This document shows, piece by piece, positions 20,339 to 28,352 of a stretch of 64,000 bases of DNA. The notes below the pieces were generated by a model. The model saw nothing but the letters and a program-made list of their open reading frames with translations. It had not been told where the DNA came from and did not search any database. Within the stretch, counting starts at the first letter, position 1, and every line of letters begins with the position of its first letter. Source of the DNA: an uncultured Chloroflexia bacterium (GTDB taxonomy: Bacteria; Chloroflexota; Limnocylindria; Limnocylindrales; CSP1-4); assembly GCA_963713975.1 (NCBI GenBank), contig OY970218.1, forward strand, positions 1,376,001-1,440,000. The letters run 5' to 3'. Made by a program: the position numbers and the translations under genes.

Positions 20339-20428
20339 CTAGAAGCCCTTCAACGAAGCTCCTCCGGCGAGCGCCATTGCGGCGACTGCGCCTAGAGCAA
20401 CCAGGGCTCGCATGAGGCGATCCTTCAT
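20339..20428 (-). CDS. 29-aa micropeptide MKDRLMRALVALGAVAAMALAGGASLKGF, a putative signal-peptide-like precursor
   Basis: Translated by hand; GGAGGA SD at 20436-20441, 7 nt from the ATG; n/h/c signal-like layout. Confidence 0.8.
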   Translation of the reverse strand: MKDRLMRALVALGAVAAMALAGGASLKGF

Positions 20429-20454
20429 CGGTCGATCCTCCGCGTCCCTAACCC

Positions 20455-20487
20455 TTACCAGCCCTTGAAGACCTGGATCGGTGCCAC
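20455..20487 (-). CDS. 10-aa micropeptide MAPIQVFKGW (GTG start)
   Basis: Perfect AGGAGGT SD at 20494-20500, 6 nt from the GTG; C-terminus FKGW resembles LKGF of the neighbouring peptide. Confidence 0.65.
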   Translation of the reverse strand: MAPIQVFKGW

Positions 20488-20520
20488 GCTCGTACCTCCT
20501 TGCGGCCTCCGTGTCCTAAG

Positions 20521-20557
20521 AACACGAAAACCGACCTGACTCGAAAGCCGGTCGGTT
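20521..20557 (-). terminator. Intrinsic terminator forming the riboswitch expression platform
   Basis: Minus strand AACCGACC-GGCT-TTCG-AGTC-A-GGTCGGTT followed by TTCGTGTT; the 5' arm is the 3' end of the aptamer. Confidence 0.75.
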
Positions 20558-20628
20558 GCACTACTCACTCCGCCCCCACCCTAAGTGCCCAATTCAGGTG
20601 GCGGCATCAGCGCGTTCCGAGCGTTTCC
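20545..20628 (-). ncRNA. Cyclic di-GMP-II riboswitch
   Basis: Minus strand GGAAC..TGATG..CCACCT-GAATTGGGCACTT-AGGGTGG..GAGTGAGTAGTGCAACCGACC matches class-II hallmarks, including the GCACT/AGTGC pseudoknot. Confidence 0.9.
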
Positions 20629-20665
20629 TTGCTTGCACAGTACGTTGGTACTAGTGCAGGGCCGG

Positions 20666-20695
20666 ACTATAGGTACGGTCAACATCACCGGTCAA
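20666..20695 (-). promoter_or_regulatory. Sigma70-type promoter for the riboswitch/peptide/HD-GYP transcript
   Basis: TTGACC-N18-TATAGT on the minus strand. Confidence 0.7.
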
Positions 20696-20764
20696 TACGC
20701 AACCCTACCTATGTGCACCATGCCACCTGGCAGGTCGGGCTGAGGCCGTTCGCCTCAATCCGGC

Positions 20765-23700
20765 TCAAATGTCGTCGAATCGTGGGGGATCCGCGCCTAA
20801 CTCTCCCCGGATGTAGGCGGCATAGTGAGCGTACTGTTCGGCGGCCGCCGCATGCCTATCACCCGCCTTGTAGGCCTTCAGGAGCGCGAGCTCGATCCCA
20901 TCTGCACCAGGATCCACGGCCAGCATGGCCTGAGCCAGGCGCGTCGCACGGTCGATGTTGCCCTCTGCCGTGGCTCGTCGGATGCCAGACTCCACGGACG
21001 CGAGAACGGACGCGTGGAGGTTCTCGCGGTAGCTTGTCGCCCAATCCTCATACGTGAAGTCCAGGGCATACCTGCCGCGATACGTGGCAACGAGCTGGTC
21101 GAGCGCGTCCTCCTTGTCACTACAAGTGACGTCCACGAGCCGCTGGCACTTGCGGCTCTGACTGTCCACCAGGGCCGGGTGTAGCGATAGGACGTCACCA
21201 TCGAACTCCACGTACCCAGCGCTCGTGCCCTCTCGGTACGTGGGCTCGAAGACTCGGCGAAGGTAGTAGATCGTCTGGTGCAGGGAGTTGACCGCCGTGT
21301 CGGGACCCAAGTCGGGCCAGATCGCGTCCAGAGCCTCATCACGCGTGGCTGCCATCCCCGGGCGGGAGGCCACGAAGCACAAGAGGCCCATGACCTTGCG
21401 GCGCAGCGTTCTTACATGGTTCTCCACTCCGATCTGAACCGTGACCGGCCCAAGATCGTGGATGAGTACTCGAGGCGCCAGTCGATGGGTGATCTCCGCA
21501 GCGATGGGCCGTAGCCACTTCCGTGACGCAGCAGCGGCGCGCAAGGCAGAGGCGTCATGCTCGTTGCCGATGTCTGCAAGGAGCCTTGCCGCAAGCGGGT
21601 CAGCCTGGTAGACCATCCTCAGGGCCGTAATCCATCGGTCTGGTCGAAGCGTGGCCTCACGGGTGACGCGGAGCCGACTCTCGGTGTCAAGCTCCGGCAG
21701 ACTCCGACACACTTCATCGGCGAGCATCGACAGAACATGATCCTCATCAGGCATGAGGCGGGCAACGGCGCCGTCAGGCCGCCCATCCTGCAATCCTCGT
21801 AGCAGGTCGGCGATCACGGCCTCCAGGCGGGAGCCCTGAGCCGCGGCGATCCGTGTGAGTTCCGCGATTTGGCCATCTGCGAGCCTCGAGCGGGTGGCGA
21901 GCGAGATGCGCGCTCGAAGCAGGCAGACTCGGAACTTGCCAGCGGCATCTTGGAGAGCCCCGCCGGCCAGCGCCACGCGCTCAGCTGCTATGACCGGCTC
22001 CCCACGACGTAGCGCGATGGTGCCGGTTGCCACCGCCCAAGCTCCCAAGTAGCCCGTTGACAGTGCAGCTTGACCAACGCGAGCCGCCGCAGACTCCGCG
22101 CGCTCGAGGGAGCCGTAGTCCCCGAGCAAGCGAGCCGCCTCGATCGCTGCCTCGTCTCGCGCAACTGGAGTGGACGCTTCGTCGATTAGTGCAGCCATTC
22201 GATCAAGCGGCTCAGTGGCGCCAAGTTGAAGCTGTGCCGCAATCCGAACGGCAATGGCGGCGACTCTCTCCGGACTCGTTGGAGACGCCCCGAGGCTTAG
22301 CTCGGCCGTGCCGGCTACGTCGGCCGCGTCTCGGCTGCGTCCCATCCAAAGCAGGATCACTGCGAGGTTAAGGCGGGTGATCCCTGCGTACCGGACGTGG
22401 CCCGCGGCATCCTGAATCTGGGCTAGACCGACTAGGTAGTCGGCAACGGCGGCCAGACTGCCTTCCTGCTGAGTACTCCAGACGGCTAGCGAGGCCTCGG
22501 CGACCATTCGCTCCGCAGGTGCTAGGTCCCCTTCCATTGCTCGCGTCGCGAGCTTGATCGACTGCTCGTCAAATCCATGTCGAGCCAGAATCGCCGTTAG
22601 GTTGAGGAGGCCCAAGCTCGCTAGCGAGGTGCCCTCGCCGACTTGTGAGCCCAACTGCGCCAGTTCGATCGCTCTGGCGAGATGCCCGCGCTCGAGCTCG
22701 AGCCGTGACCGGAGGATGAGAACGCCGGGTCGGTCGGGAGGCCCGGCCGAACCGTCTAGAAACTGCCGCGCCAACTCAAACCCTCCGGATGCAATGATCG
22801 AGGGGATGGCTGCGTCTAGGGTCCGGGCAGCCGAGTTCATGTCGCCGGCTGCGCGATAGTGCCAGGTGGCCGGGAGCCAAGCGGAATTCTCCAGAGCAGT
22901 CCCGAGCGCCTGGTGAAGGTCTCGCACTGCGGCTTCGCCGATTTCGGCTGTCAGGCGTGCCACGAGGAACTCGCGGACCAGGGGGTGGAACCGGTGGGGC
23001 GATTCACGGTCTGGCCGGGAGAGGAGCCCGAGCCGTTCGGACTCGCGGATGGACACCGCGATGTCATCGGCAGGCCGCTCGTCCACCAAGACCGCCATGT
23101 TCACGTCCACGGCCGTGAGCACCGCGACACGGGTCAGGAAGTGCTGAAGCTCCGGCGGGAGCGTGGCGAGCACCTCCTCGGCCAGGAAGTCATACAAGTC
23201 GCCGCGTGACGCATCGAGGTGGGCGACCAGGACTCGAGGGTCGTTGTGCTCCTCAATGCTTGTGCGGACGAGCGTGAGCAGGGCCGCCCACCCCTCCGTC
23301 CGATCGCACAGGTCAGCAGCAACCTGGGCGTCCAGGGGTTGCCGGTAGGCGTCCCTGAACAGGCGGGACGTCTCGTCGAGGTCGAAGCAGAGGTCCCTCC
23401 CTTCGATGGCCAGCACGCCGCCCCGGGCGCGAATGCGCCCCAGCGGGAAGGCGGGTGTGGAGCGTGTTGCGATGACCACGGAGTAGCCAGGTGCGGTCCG
23501 ATCCAGGAGGGCTCGCACGATGGGGTCCGTGTCCGGGCATCCGTCCACGACGTGGTAGTCATCGAAGATCAGCGTCAGGCCGTGCGAGCTACCAGTCCCG
23601 AACTCCGCCATCTCGCGGGCGATGCTGACGGTGAGGTCGTGCTGCGTCGGACCACCCGGCCCGAGGGAACCGAGGAGGTCGAGCGTCTGCGGCGCGAACC

Positions 23701-23977
23701 CGGGGTCGATCTCGCGACCGCTCGCGACCAGGTGGCGGATGAAGGTGAGCCAGTCCCGGTCATCCGCCTCCAGCCGGTACCAGGCCGTCATTCGCGTCGT
23801 CTGGACGGCCCAATCGGCGAGCAGCGTGGTCTTGCCGAAGCCGGCCTCCGCGACGATGAGGCCGAGGCGTCCCGCAGCCGCGCGGTCCAGCCACGAGTTG
23901 AGGCGCTCGCGCGACAGCGTGTCGTCGCGCGGCGGCGGGCAGTGGATCTTGACCGGCTGCACGGGCAGGGGATTCAT
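20765..23977 (-). CDS. Large MalT-like STAND ATPase / TPR / SARP-wHTH-BTAD transcriptional regulator
   Basis: AEAGFGKTT Walker A, FDDYH, TEGWAA and RFHPLVREFL; helical TPR-like middle; TRDEALDAIWPD, NSLHQTIYYLRR and YRGRYALDFTYEDW; start set at MNPLPVQPVKI (the ORF extends to 24241). Confidence 0.85.
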   Translation of the reverse strand: MNPLPVQPVKIHCPPPRDDTLSRERLNSWLDRAAAGRLGLIVAEAGFGKTTLLADWAVQTTRMTAWYRLEADDRDWLTFIRHLVASGREIDPGFAPQTLDLLGSLGPGGPTQHDLTVSIAREMAEFGTGSSHGLTLIFDDYHVVDGCPDTDPIVRALLDRTAPGYSVVIATRSTPAFPLGRIRARGGVLAIEGRDLCFDLDETSRLFRDAYRQPLDAQVAADLCDRTEGWAALLTLVRTSIEEHNDPRVLVAHLDASRGDLYDFLAEEVLATLPPELQHFLTRVAVLTAVDVNMAVLVDERPADDIAVSIRESERLGLLSRPDRESPHRFHPLVREFLVARLTAEIGEAAVRDLHQALGTALENSAWLPATWHYRAAGDMNSAARTLDAAIPSIIASGGFELARQFLDGSAGPPDRPGVLILRSRLELERGHLARAIELAQLGSQVGEGTSLASLGLLNLTAILARHGFDEQSIKLATRAMEGDLAPAERMVAEASLAVWSTQQEGSLAAVADYLVGLAQIQDAAGHVRYAGITRLNLAVILLWMGRSRDAADVAGTAELSLGASPTSPERVAAIAVRIAAQLQLGATEPLDRMAALIDEASTPVARDEAAIEAARLLGDYGSLERAESAAARVGQAALSTGYLGAWAVATGTIALRRGEPVIAAERVALAGGALQDAAGKFRVCLLRARISLATRSRLADGQIAELTRIAAAQGSRLEAVIADLLRGLQDGRPDGAVARLMPDEDHVLSMLADEVCRSLPELDTESRLRVTREATLRPDRWITALRMVYQADPLAARLLADIGNEHDASALRAAAASRKWLRPIAAEITHRLAPRVLIHDLGPVTVQIGVENHVRTLRRKVMGLLCFVASRPGMAATRDEALDAIWPDLGPDTAVNSLHQTIYYLRRVFEPTYREGTSAGYVEFDGDVLSLHPALVDSQSRKCQRLVDVTCSDKEDALDQLVATYRGRYALDFTYEDWATSYRENLHASVLASVESGIRRATAEGNIDRATRLAQAMLAVDPGADGIELALLKAYKAGDRHAAAAEQYAHYAAYIRGELGADPPRFDDI

Positions 23978-24338
23978 CGGGAACCCGCCCGTGGTGCCGC
24001 CGAGCAGCACGGAAGCGGCCAAGCCCGGCCCGACGGCGACCAGCCCATGCCCGTTGCGTTCACCCCTCGCCCGCGGTGTTGGCCGGGGCCTGGGGGCCGG
24101 GCCCATGCCACCACTCGCCGGAGACGATACGGCAGCGCGATGTGGGGCCGGGGCGTGCTTCTGCACGGGTTGGACCTGGTGCGCGGTCTCGATGGGGTCG
24201 GGGAGGCGATCGCGGTCAGACCGCCGAGTGGTCGGGAGCATGTGGCGAATGGTGCCGGGCGCCGCTCAACGCGCGCTTATGCGCTCAGGCCCGATCCGGT
24301 CTGCCTCGCGAGTCGCCGGATCGACGATCCGCCGCAGC

Positions 24339-24542
24339 TCAGCCTTCGTATTCGAACCCGATCTTGAGCTGGACCTGGTACTCGACGATCTCGCCATCCT
24401 CGATCCGGGCCGTGGACTTCACGACCTCGATCGTCCGGATGTTGCGAACGGTCTTCGACGCGGTCGCGACGGCCTGGCGCGCGGCATCGCTCCACGACCG
24501 GGGGCTCGTCCCGACCATCTCCCTCACGATGATCACGCCCAC
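24339..24542 (-). CDS. Dodecin-family protein
   Basis: EMVGTSPRSWSDAARQAV...SKTVRNI...EYQVQLKIGF; AGGAGGA SD. Confidence 0.85.
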   Translation of the reverse strand: MGVIIVREMVGTSPRSWSDAARQAVATASKTVRNIRTIEVVKSTARIEDGEIVEYQVQLKIGFEYEG

Positions 24543-24626
24543 TCCTATCCTCCTGCTGGCTGACGGTGCCCAGCATAGGCCACCGCTCACCGGCGGGTGA
24601 TCGACCGTGCCGCCGGCGGTCCAGCG

Positions 24627-24932
24627 CTAGCCGGTCGTCTCGCCTTCGGCGCGGATCCTGTCGAAGCAGGTGGAGCAGTAGACGGGGCGGTCGTTCCGTG
24701 GCTGGAAGGGAACCAGCGCCTGGCCGCCGCAGCTGTTGCACACCGCGGCGTGATACTCGCGGCCGCCCGTGCCATCGCCGCCAGAACGCGAGCGCTTGGC
24801 CGCCGCGCGGCAGGTCGGGCAGCGCTGCGGGTCGTTCACGAGGCCCTTGCTGGCGAAGAACTCCTGCTCCCCGGCCGTGAACTCGAACGCCTCACCGCAG
24901 TCACGACATGTGAGCGAGCGATCCTGGAACAC
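24627..24932 (-). CDS. Zinc-ribbon / CxxC-x17-CxxC small protein
   Basis: DRSLTCRDCGEAFEFTAGEQEFF, PQRCPTCR and CNSCG..VPFQP..DRPVYCSTCF. Confidence 0.88.
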   Translation of the reverse strand: MFQDRSLTCRDCGEAFEFTAGEQEFFASKGLVNDPQRCPTCRAAAKRSRSGGDGTGGREYHAAVCNSCGGQALVPFQPRNDRPVYCSTCFDRIRAEGETTG

Positions 24933-25127
24933 GCCTCGCTTCCCTCCCTTGCCAGTGCCGATGCCGGTCCGGCCCGCCTGCGTCTCGCGCGGCTCGCCGG
25001 ATGGGACGCTCCGGCGACTGGACCGGGAACCGATGCTATTGCGCGGAGAATACGCGCGGGCGTCAAGCACACCGGTCCGCCAGTGCAGGCGTGGAACCGG
25101 AGCGCCTGCGGCCGCGTCCGAAGGCGC

Positions 25128-26039
25128 ATGTCCAACCACACGAAGCTCCCCGCCGTCCTTCTCCTGGTCACGCTCGGCGTCGCCGCGTGCAGCTCCGGGG
25201 GCTCCTCAGCCCCATCAACTCCCTCGGCGTCGCCGTCCGGGACACCTGCCGTGGCGCCGAGCGCGTCCCCCGACGGGATCGTCCACCCGACCGGGGCCGA
25301 TGAGATCGTCCTCCGCTACGAGGACGTGGGCGGCTTCACCCCGCCCGAGTGGCAGGCCGCCCGGCTGCCCTACTTCACGCTCTACGGCGACGGACGCGTG
25401 GTGTTCCAGCAGACGACAGTCGAGATGCCTCCGCGCGAGGACAATGCCATCGTTGGCGTCCCCCTGCGGACGGCGGTGCTCACGGAAGACCAGGTCCAGG
25501 TCCTCCTCGAGTACGCCCTCACCGAGGGCGGCCTCGCGATCGCCAAGGCCGAGTACCAGAACCCGATGGTGGCCGACGTCCCGACCGCAGTCTTCACGAT
25601 CAACGCCGAGAACAACAGCAAGACCGTGTCCGTGATGGCGCTGGGAATGGAGGTCCAGCCGGGCGTGGACTCGCTGGTCCTCGGACGCCTCGCGACGCTC
25701 GGCGAGCGCCTCCGCGACTTCGACCAGGGTGGGACGCTCGCCAGCGACCCGTATCTCGCGCCGGCGTACCGAGGCGTGATCATCGAGCAGCAGGGTCTCA
25801 TCCAGGGTGTGCAGGTCCGCGATTGGCCGTGGGTGGACATCCAGCCCTCGGACTTCACGTTCCCCGCCGACCCGAACGCGCTGCAGATGGGGACGCACAC
25901 GCTGACGCCGGCGGAGGCCGGCGCGGTGGGAATCCCGGGCTTCGAGAGTGGGATCATGTCGGGCGTCTACCTCGACGGACCGAACGGGAAGCTCTACTCG
26001 CTGGTGGTCCGGCCGCTGCTGCCCGACGAGACGGCGTAG
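25128..26039 (+). CDS. Lipoprotein of unknown function
   Basis: Lipobox VAAC, S/P-rich linker, GGF..P.FTLYGDGRVV and VADVPTAVFT. Confidence 0.75.
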   Translation: MSNHTKLPAVLLLVTLGVAACSSGGSSAPSTPSASPSGTPAVAPSASPDGIVHPTGADEIVLRYEDVGGFTPPEWQAARLPYFTLYGDGRVVFQQTTVEMPPREDNAIVGVPLRTAVLTEDQVQVLLEYALTEGGLAIAKAEYQNPMVADVPTAVFTINAENNSKTVSVMALGMEVQPGVDSLVLGRLATLGERLRDFDQGGTLASDPYLAPAYRGVIIEQQGLIQGVQVRDWPWVDIQPSDFTFPADPNALQMGTHTLTPAEAGAVGIPGFESGIMSGVYLDGPNGKLYSLVVRPLLPDETA

Positions 26040-26058
26040 GCGACTCCGGGGCGGGGCA

Positions 26059-27408
26059 TCAACCGACGTCCGCGAACCGCTCCCCGGCGTAGTTGACGAA
26101 GCGTGTCTGCGCCTTCTTGAACCACAGGTCGATCTCGCCGGTGGGGCCGTTGCGGTGCTTGGCCAGCTTCAGCTTGACCACCTCGCCCTCTGTGGACTGG
26201 TCCTCCGAGCCTCGTTCCTTCTCGCGCCACAGGAACATGACCAGGTCCGCGTCCTGCTCGATCGAGCCCGATTCCCGGAGGTCCGAGAGCCGGGGCTCCC
26301 GGGACTCACGCATCTCGGGCTGGCGGGAGAGCTGGCTCAGGGCGATCACCGGGACCTTGAGCTCGCGGGCGAGTGCCTTGAGCCCCCGGGTGATCTCGGA
26401 GACCTCCTGCACGCGGTTGGCGTCCCGCGTGGTGGTGGACGACTGCATGAGCTGGAGGTAGTCCACGATTACGAGGTCCAGGCCGGTCTCCGCCTGGAGG
26501 CGGCGGGCCTTGGTGCGCAGCTCCATGGTGGAGATGTTGGGCGTGTCGTCGATGTAGATCGGCGCCTCGGAGAGGGTGTTCATCGCCGGGGCGATCCGGG
26601 CGAAGTCCAGCTCCTCGAGGAAGCCCGTGCGCAGGCGCTGGGAGTCGATGTTGGCGACGGACGAGAGCAGCCGCAGGACGAGCTGCTCCTTGCTCATCTC
26701 GAGGCTGAACAGGCCGACGCTCTTGCGGTCCCGGGCCGCAGCGTGCTCTGCGATGTTGAGCGCGAAGCTGGTCTTGCCCACCGACGGACGGGCCGCGAGG
26801 ACCACGAGGTCGCTCTTCTGGAGGCCGGTCGTCAGCTGGTCCAGGTCCTGGAAGCCGGTGCGGACGCCGCTGATCTCACCACGATGTTCGTGCAGGTAGT
26901 CCAGCCGGTCATAGGCATCGTGGAGCAGGGTCTTGAGCTCCGAGAAGCCGGCGGCGACCCGGCGCTGGCTGACGGCGAAGAGCTCCGCCTCAGCCCGGTC
27001 GATCGCCTCCTGGATCTCCGCCGGGTCCTCGTAGCCGATCCCGGCGATCTTGCCGGCCGCGGAGATGAGGTTCCGCAGCAGCGACTTCCGCTCGACGATC
27101 CGCGCGTACTGCGCGGCGTGCACCGCGGTCGGGGTCTGGTTGGACAACGTGCCGAGGTAGGCGCGTCCACCCATCGCCTCGAGGTCACCGGTGCGGTCCA
27201 GCGCCTCTGCGACGGTCACGACGTCCACGGGCTCCCGCCGCTCCGAGAGATCCAGCATCACAGCGAAGACGCGGCCGTGGGCCTGCCGGTAGAAGTCCTC
27301 CGGCTTGAGGAAGTCGGCGACCTCGATGATCGCGTCCCGGTCGATCAGGATGGACCCTAGGACGGATTGCTCGGCTTCGATGGATTGCGGCGGCAGGCGG
27401 TCGATCAT
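26059..27408 (-). CDS. dnaB: Replicative DNA helicase
   Basis: PPQSIEAEQSVLG, AARPSVGKT, IVDYLQLM, LSDLRESGSIEQDAD and KHRNGPTG motifs. Confidence 0.98.
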   Translation of the reverse strand: MIDRLPPQSIEAEQSVLGSILIDRDAIIEVADFLKPEDFYRQAHGRVFAVMLDLSERREPVDVVTVAEALDRTGDLEAMGGRAYLGTLSNQTPTAVHAAQYARIVERKSLLRNLISAAGKIAGIGYEDPAEIQEAIDRAEAELFAVSQRRVAAGFSELKTLLHDAYDRLDYLHEHRGEISGVRTGFQDLDQLTTGLQKSDLVVLAARPSVGKTSFALNIAEHAAARDRKSVGLFSLEMSKEQLVLRLLSSVANIDSQRLRTGFLEELDFARIAPAMNTLSEAPIYIDDTPNISTMELRTKARRLQAETGLDLVIVDYLQLMQSSTTTRDANRVQEVSEITRGLKALARELKVPVIALSQLSRQPEMRESREPRLSDLRESGSIEQDADLVMFLWREKERGSEDQSTEGEVVKLKLAKHRNGPTGEIDLWFKKAQTRFVNYAGERFADVG

Positions 27409-27478
27409 GCAGTCCCGACGATGGCTGGATGCTGTGTTCGCTCAACTGTCACGGAGACCGGCCCTGGCCGATAGGGGC

Positions 27479-27534
27479 TTATCCCCGAACCGGCGCCCGC
27501 GATCTGCCTCCCCGTGTGGACGACCTGTGGACGG
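27479..27534. promoter_or_regulatory. DnaA-box-like 9-mers upstream of dnaB
   Basis: TTATCCCCG (27479), TGTGGACGA (27515) and TGTGGACGG (27526), each imperfect versus TT(A/G)TCCACA. Confidence 0.4.
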
Positions 27535-27548
27535 GCGGTTGCTCCGGG

Positions 27549-28199
27549 TCAGTCCAGGCGGCGGATGACGCCGATGAGCTTGCCCTGGATCCGGACCGAC
27601 GGGTAGAACTGGGGCGGGTATTCGGGGTTGGCGGGCTGGAGGCGGATCCGGTCCTTCTCGCGGAAGAACCGCTTGAGGGTGACCGCGTTCTCCTCCACCT
27701 GCGCGACGACGATGTCCCCGTCACTGGCCGTGTCCTGCTGGCGGATCACGACGAAGTCACCATCCGTGATGTGGGCCTCGATCATCGAGTCTCCACGGAC
27801 CCGGAGCACGTAGGCCTCACCGGCAGGGGCGAGGATGTCCGGGACCGCGAGCGTGTCCGCGACGTCCTGGTAGGCCTCGATGGGCCCGCCGGCAGCGATC
27901 TCGCCGATGATCGGCAGGCTGTGCGACTCACTGGGCATGGACTGCGGCATGAGCTCCGACGACAGCCCGAGATGCAGCGCGGCCGTCGGCGTGAGGCGGA
28001 TCGCCCGCGATTGCGCCGCGCCGCGCTCCAGGTAGCCCTCCCTCTCGAGGACCAGCAGGTGGTGATGGACGGCGGAGGTGGAGGCAAGTCCGACCGCCTT
28101 GGCGATCTCCCGCACGGACGGGGGATAGCCGCGCGCGCGGATCGTGGCTGCGATCACGTCCATGATCTTCCGCTTGCGTTCCGCGTCGTGACGGGTCAC
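27549..28199 (-). CDS. lexA: SOS repressor LexA
   Basis: GYPPSVREI..AVGLASTSAVHHHL, IAAG cleavage site, GDSM and TLKR catalytic motifs. Confidence 0.97.
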   Translation of the reverse strand: MTRHDAERKRKIMDVIAATIRARGYPPSVREIAKAVGLASTSAVHHHLLVLEREGYLERGAAQSRAIRLTPTAALHLGLSSELMPQSMPSESHSLPIIGEIAAGGPIEAYQDVADTLAVPDILAPAGEAYVLRVRGDSMIEAHITDGDFVVIRQQDTASDGDIVVAQVEENAVTLKRFFREKDRIRLQPANPEYPPQFYPSVRIQGKLIGVIRRLD

Positions 28200-28224
28200 G
28201 GGGGTTCTCCTTGTGGTTGAGGAG

Positions 28225-28252
28225 ATGATACCGAACGGACGTTCGATGTCAA
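28225..28252 (-). promoter_or_regulatory. lexA promoter with an SOS box between -35 and -10
   Basis: Minus strand TTGACA-T-CGAACGTCCGTTCG-G-TATCAT; box at 28232-28245. Confidence 0.85.
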
Positions 28253-28352
28253 CTGCGGGCCGATCGGGGCCGGACAGGGGTCACTGGGGCCGGTGCTACC
28301 ATCGCCCTCCCCGGTTCCCCGCAGCGGACCGGAATTCGAGGTGAGGAGCAGG

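Noticed and set aside
20500-21057. 185-aa plus-strand ORF over the riboswitch region
   Set aside because: Antisense to the riboswitch, the promoter and the regulator 3' end; not protein-like.
23978-24241. 88-aa N-terminal extension of the STAND regulator
   Set aside because: Pro/Arg-rich and low-complexity; MalT-like similarity starts at about MNPLPVQPVKI. The upstream start is not fully excluded.
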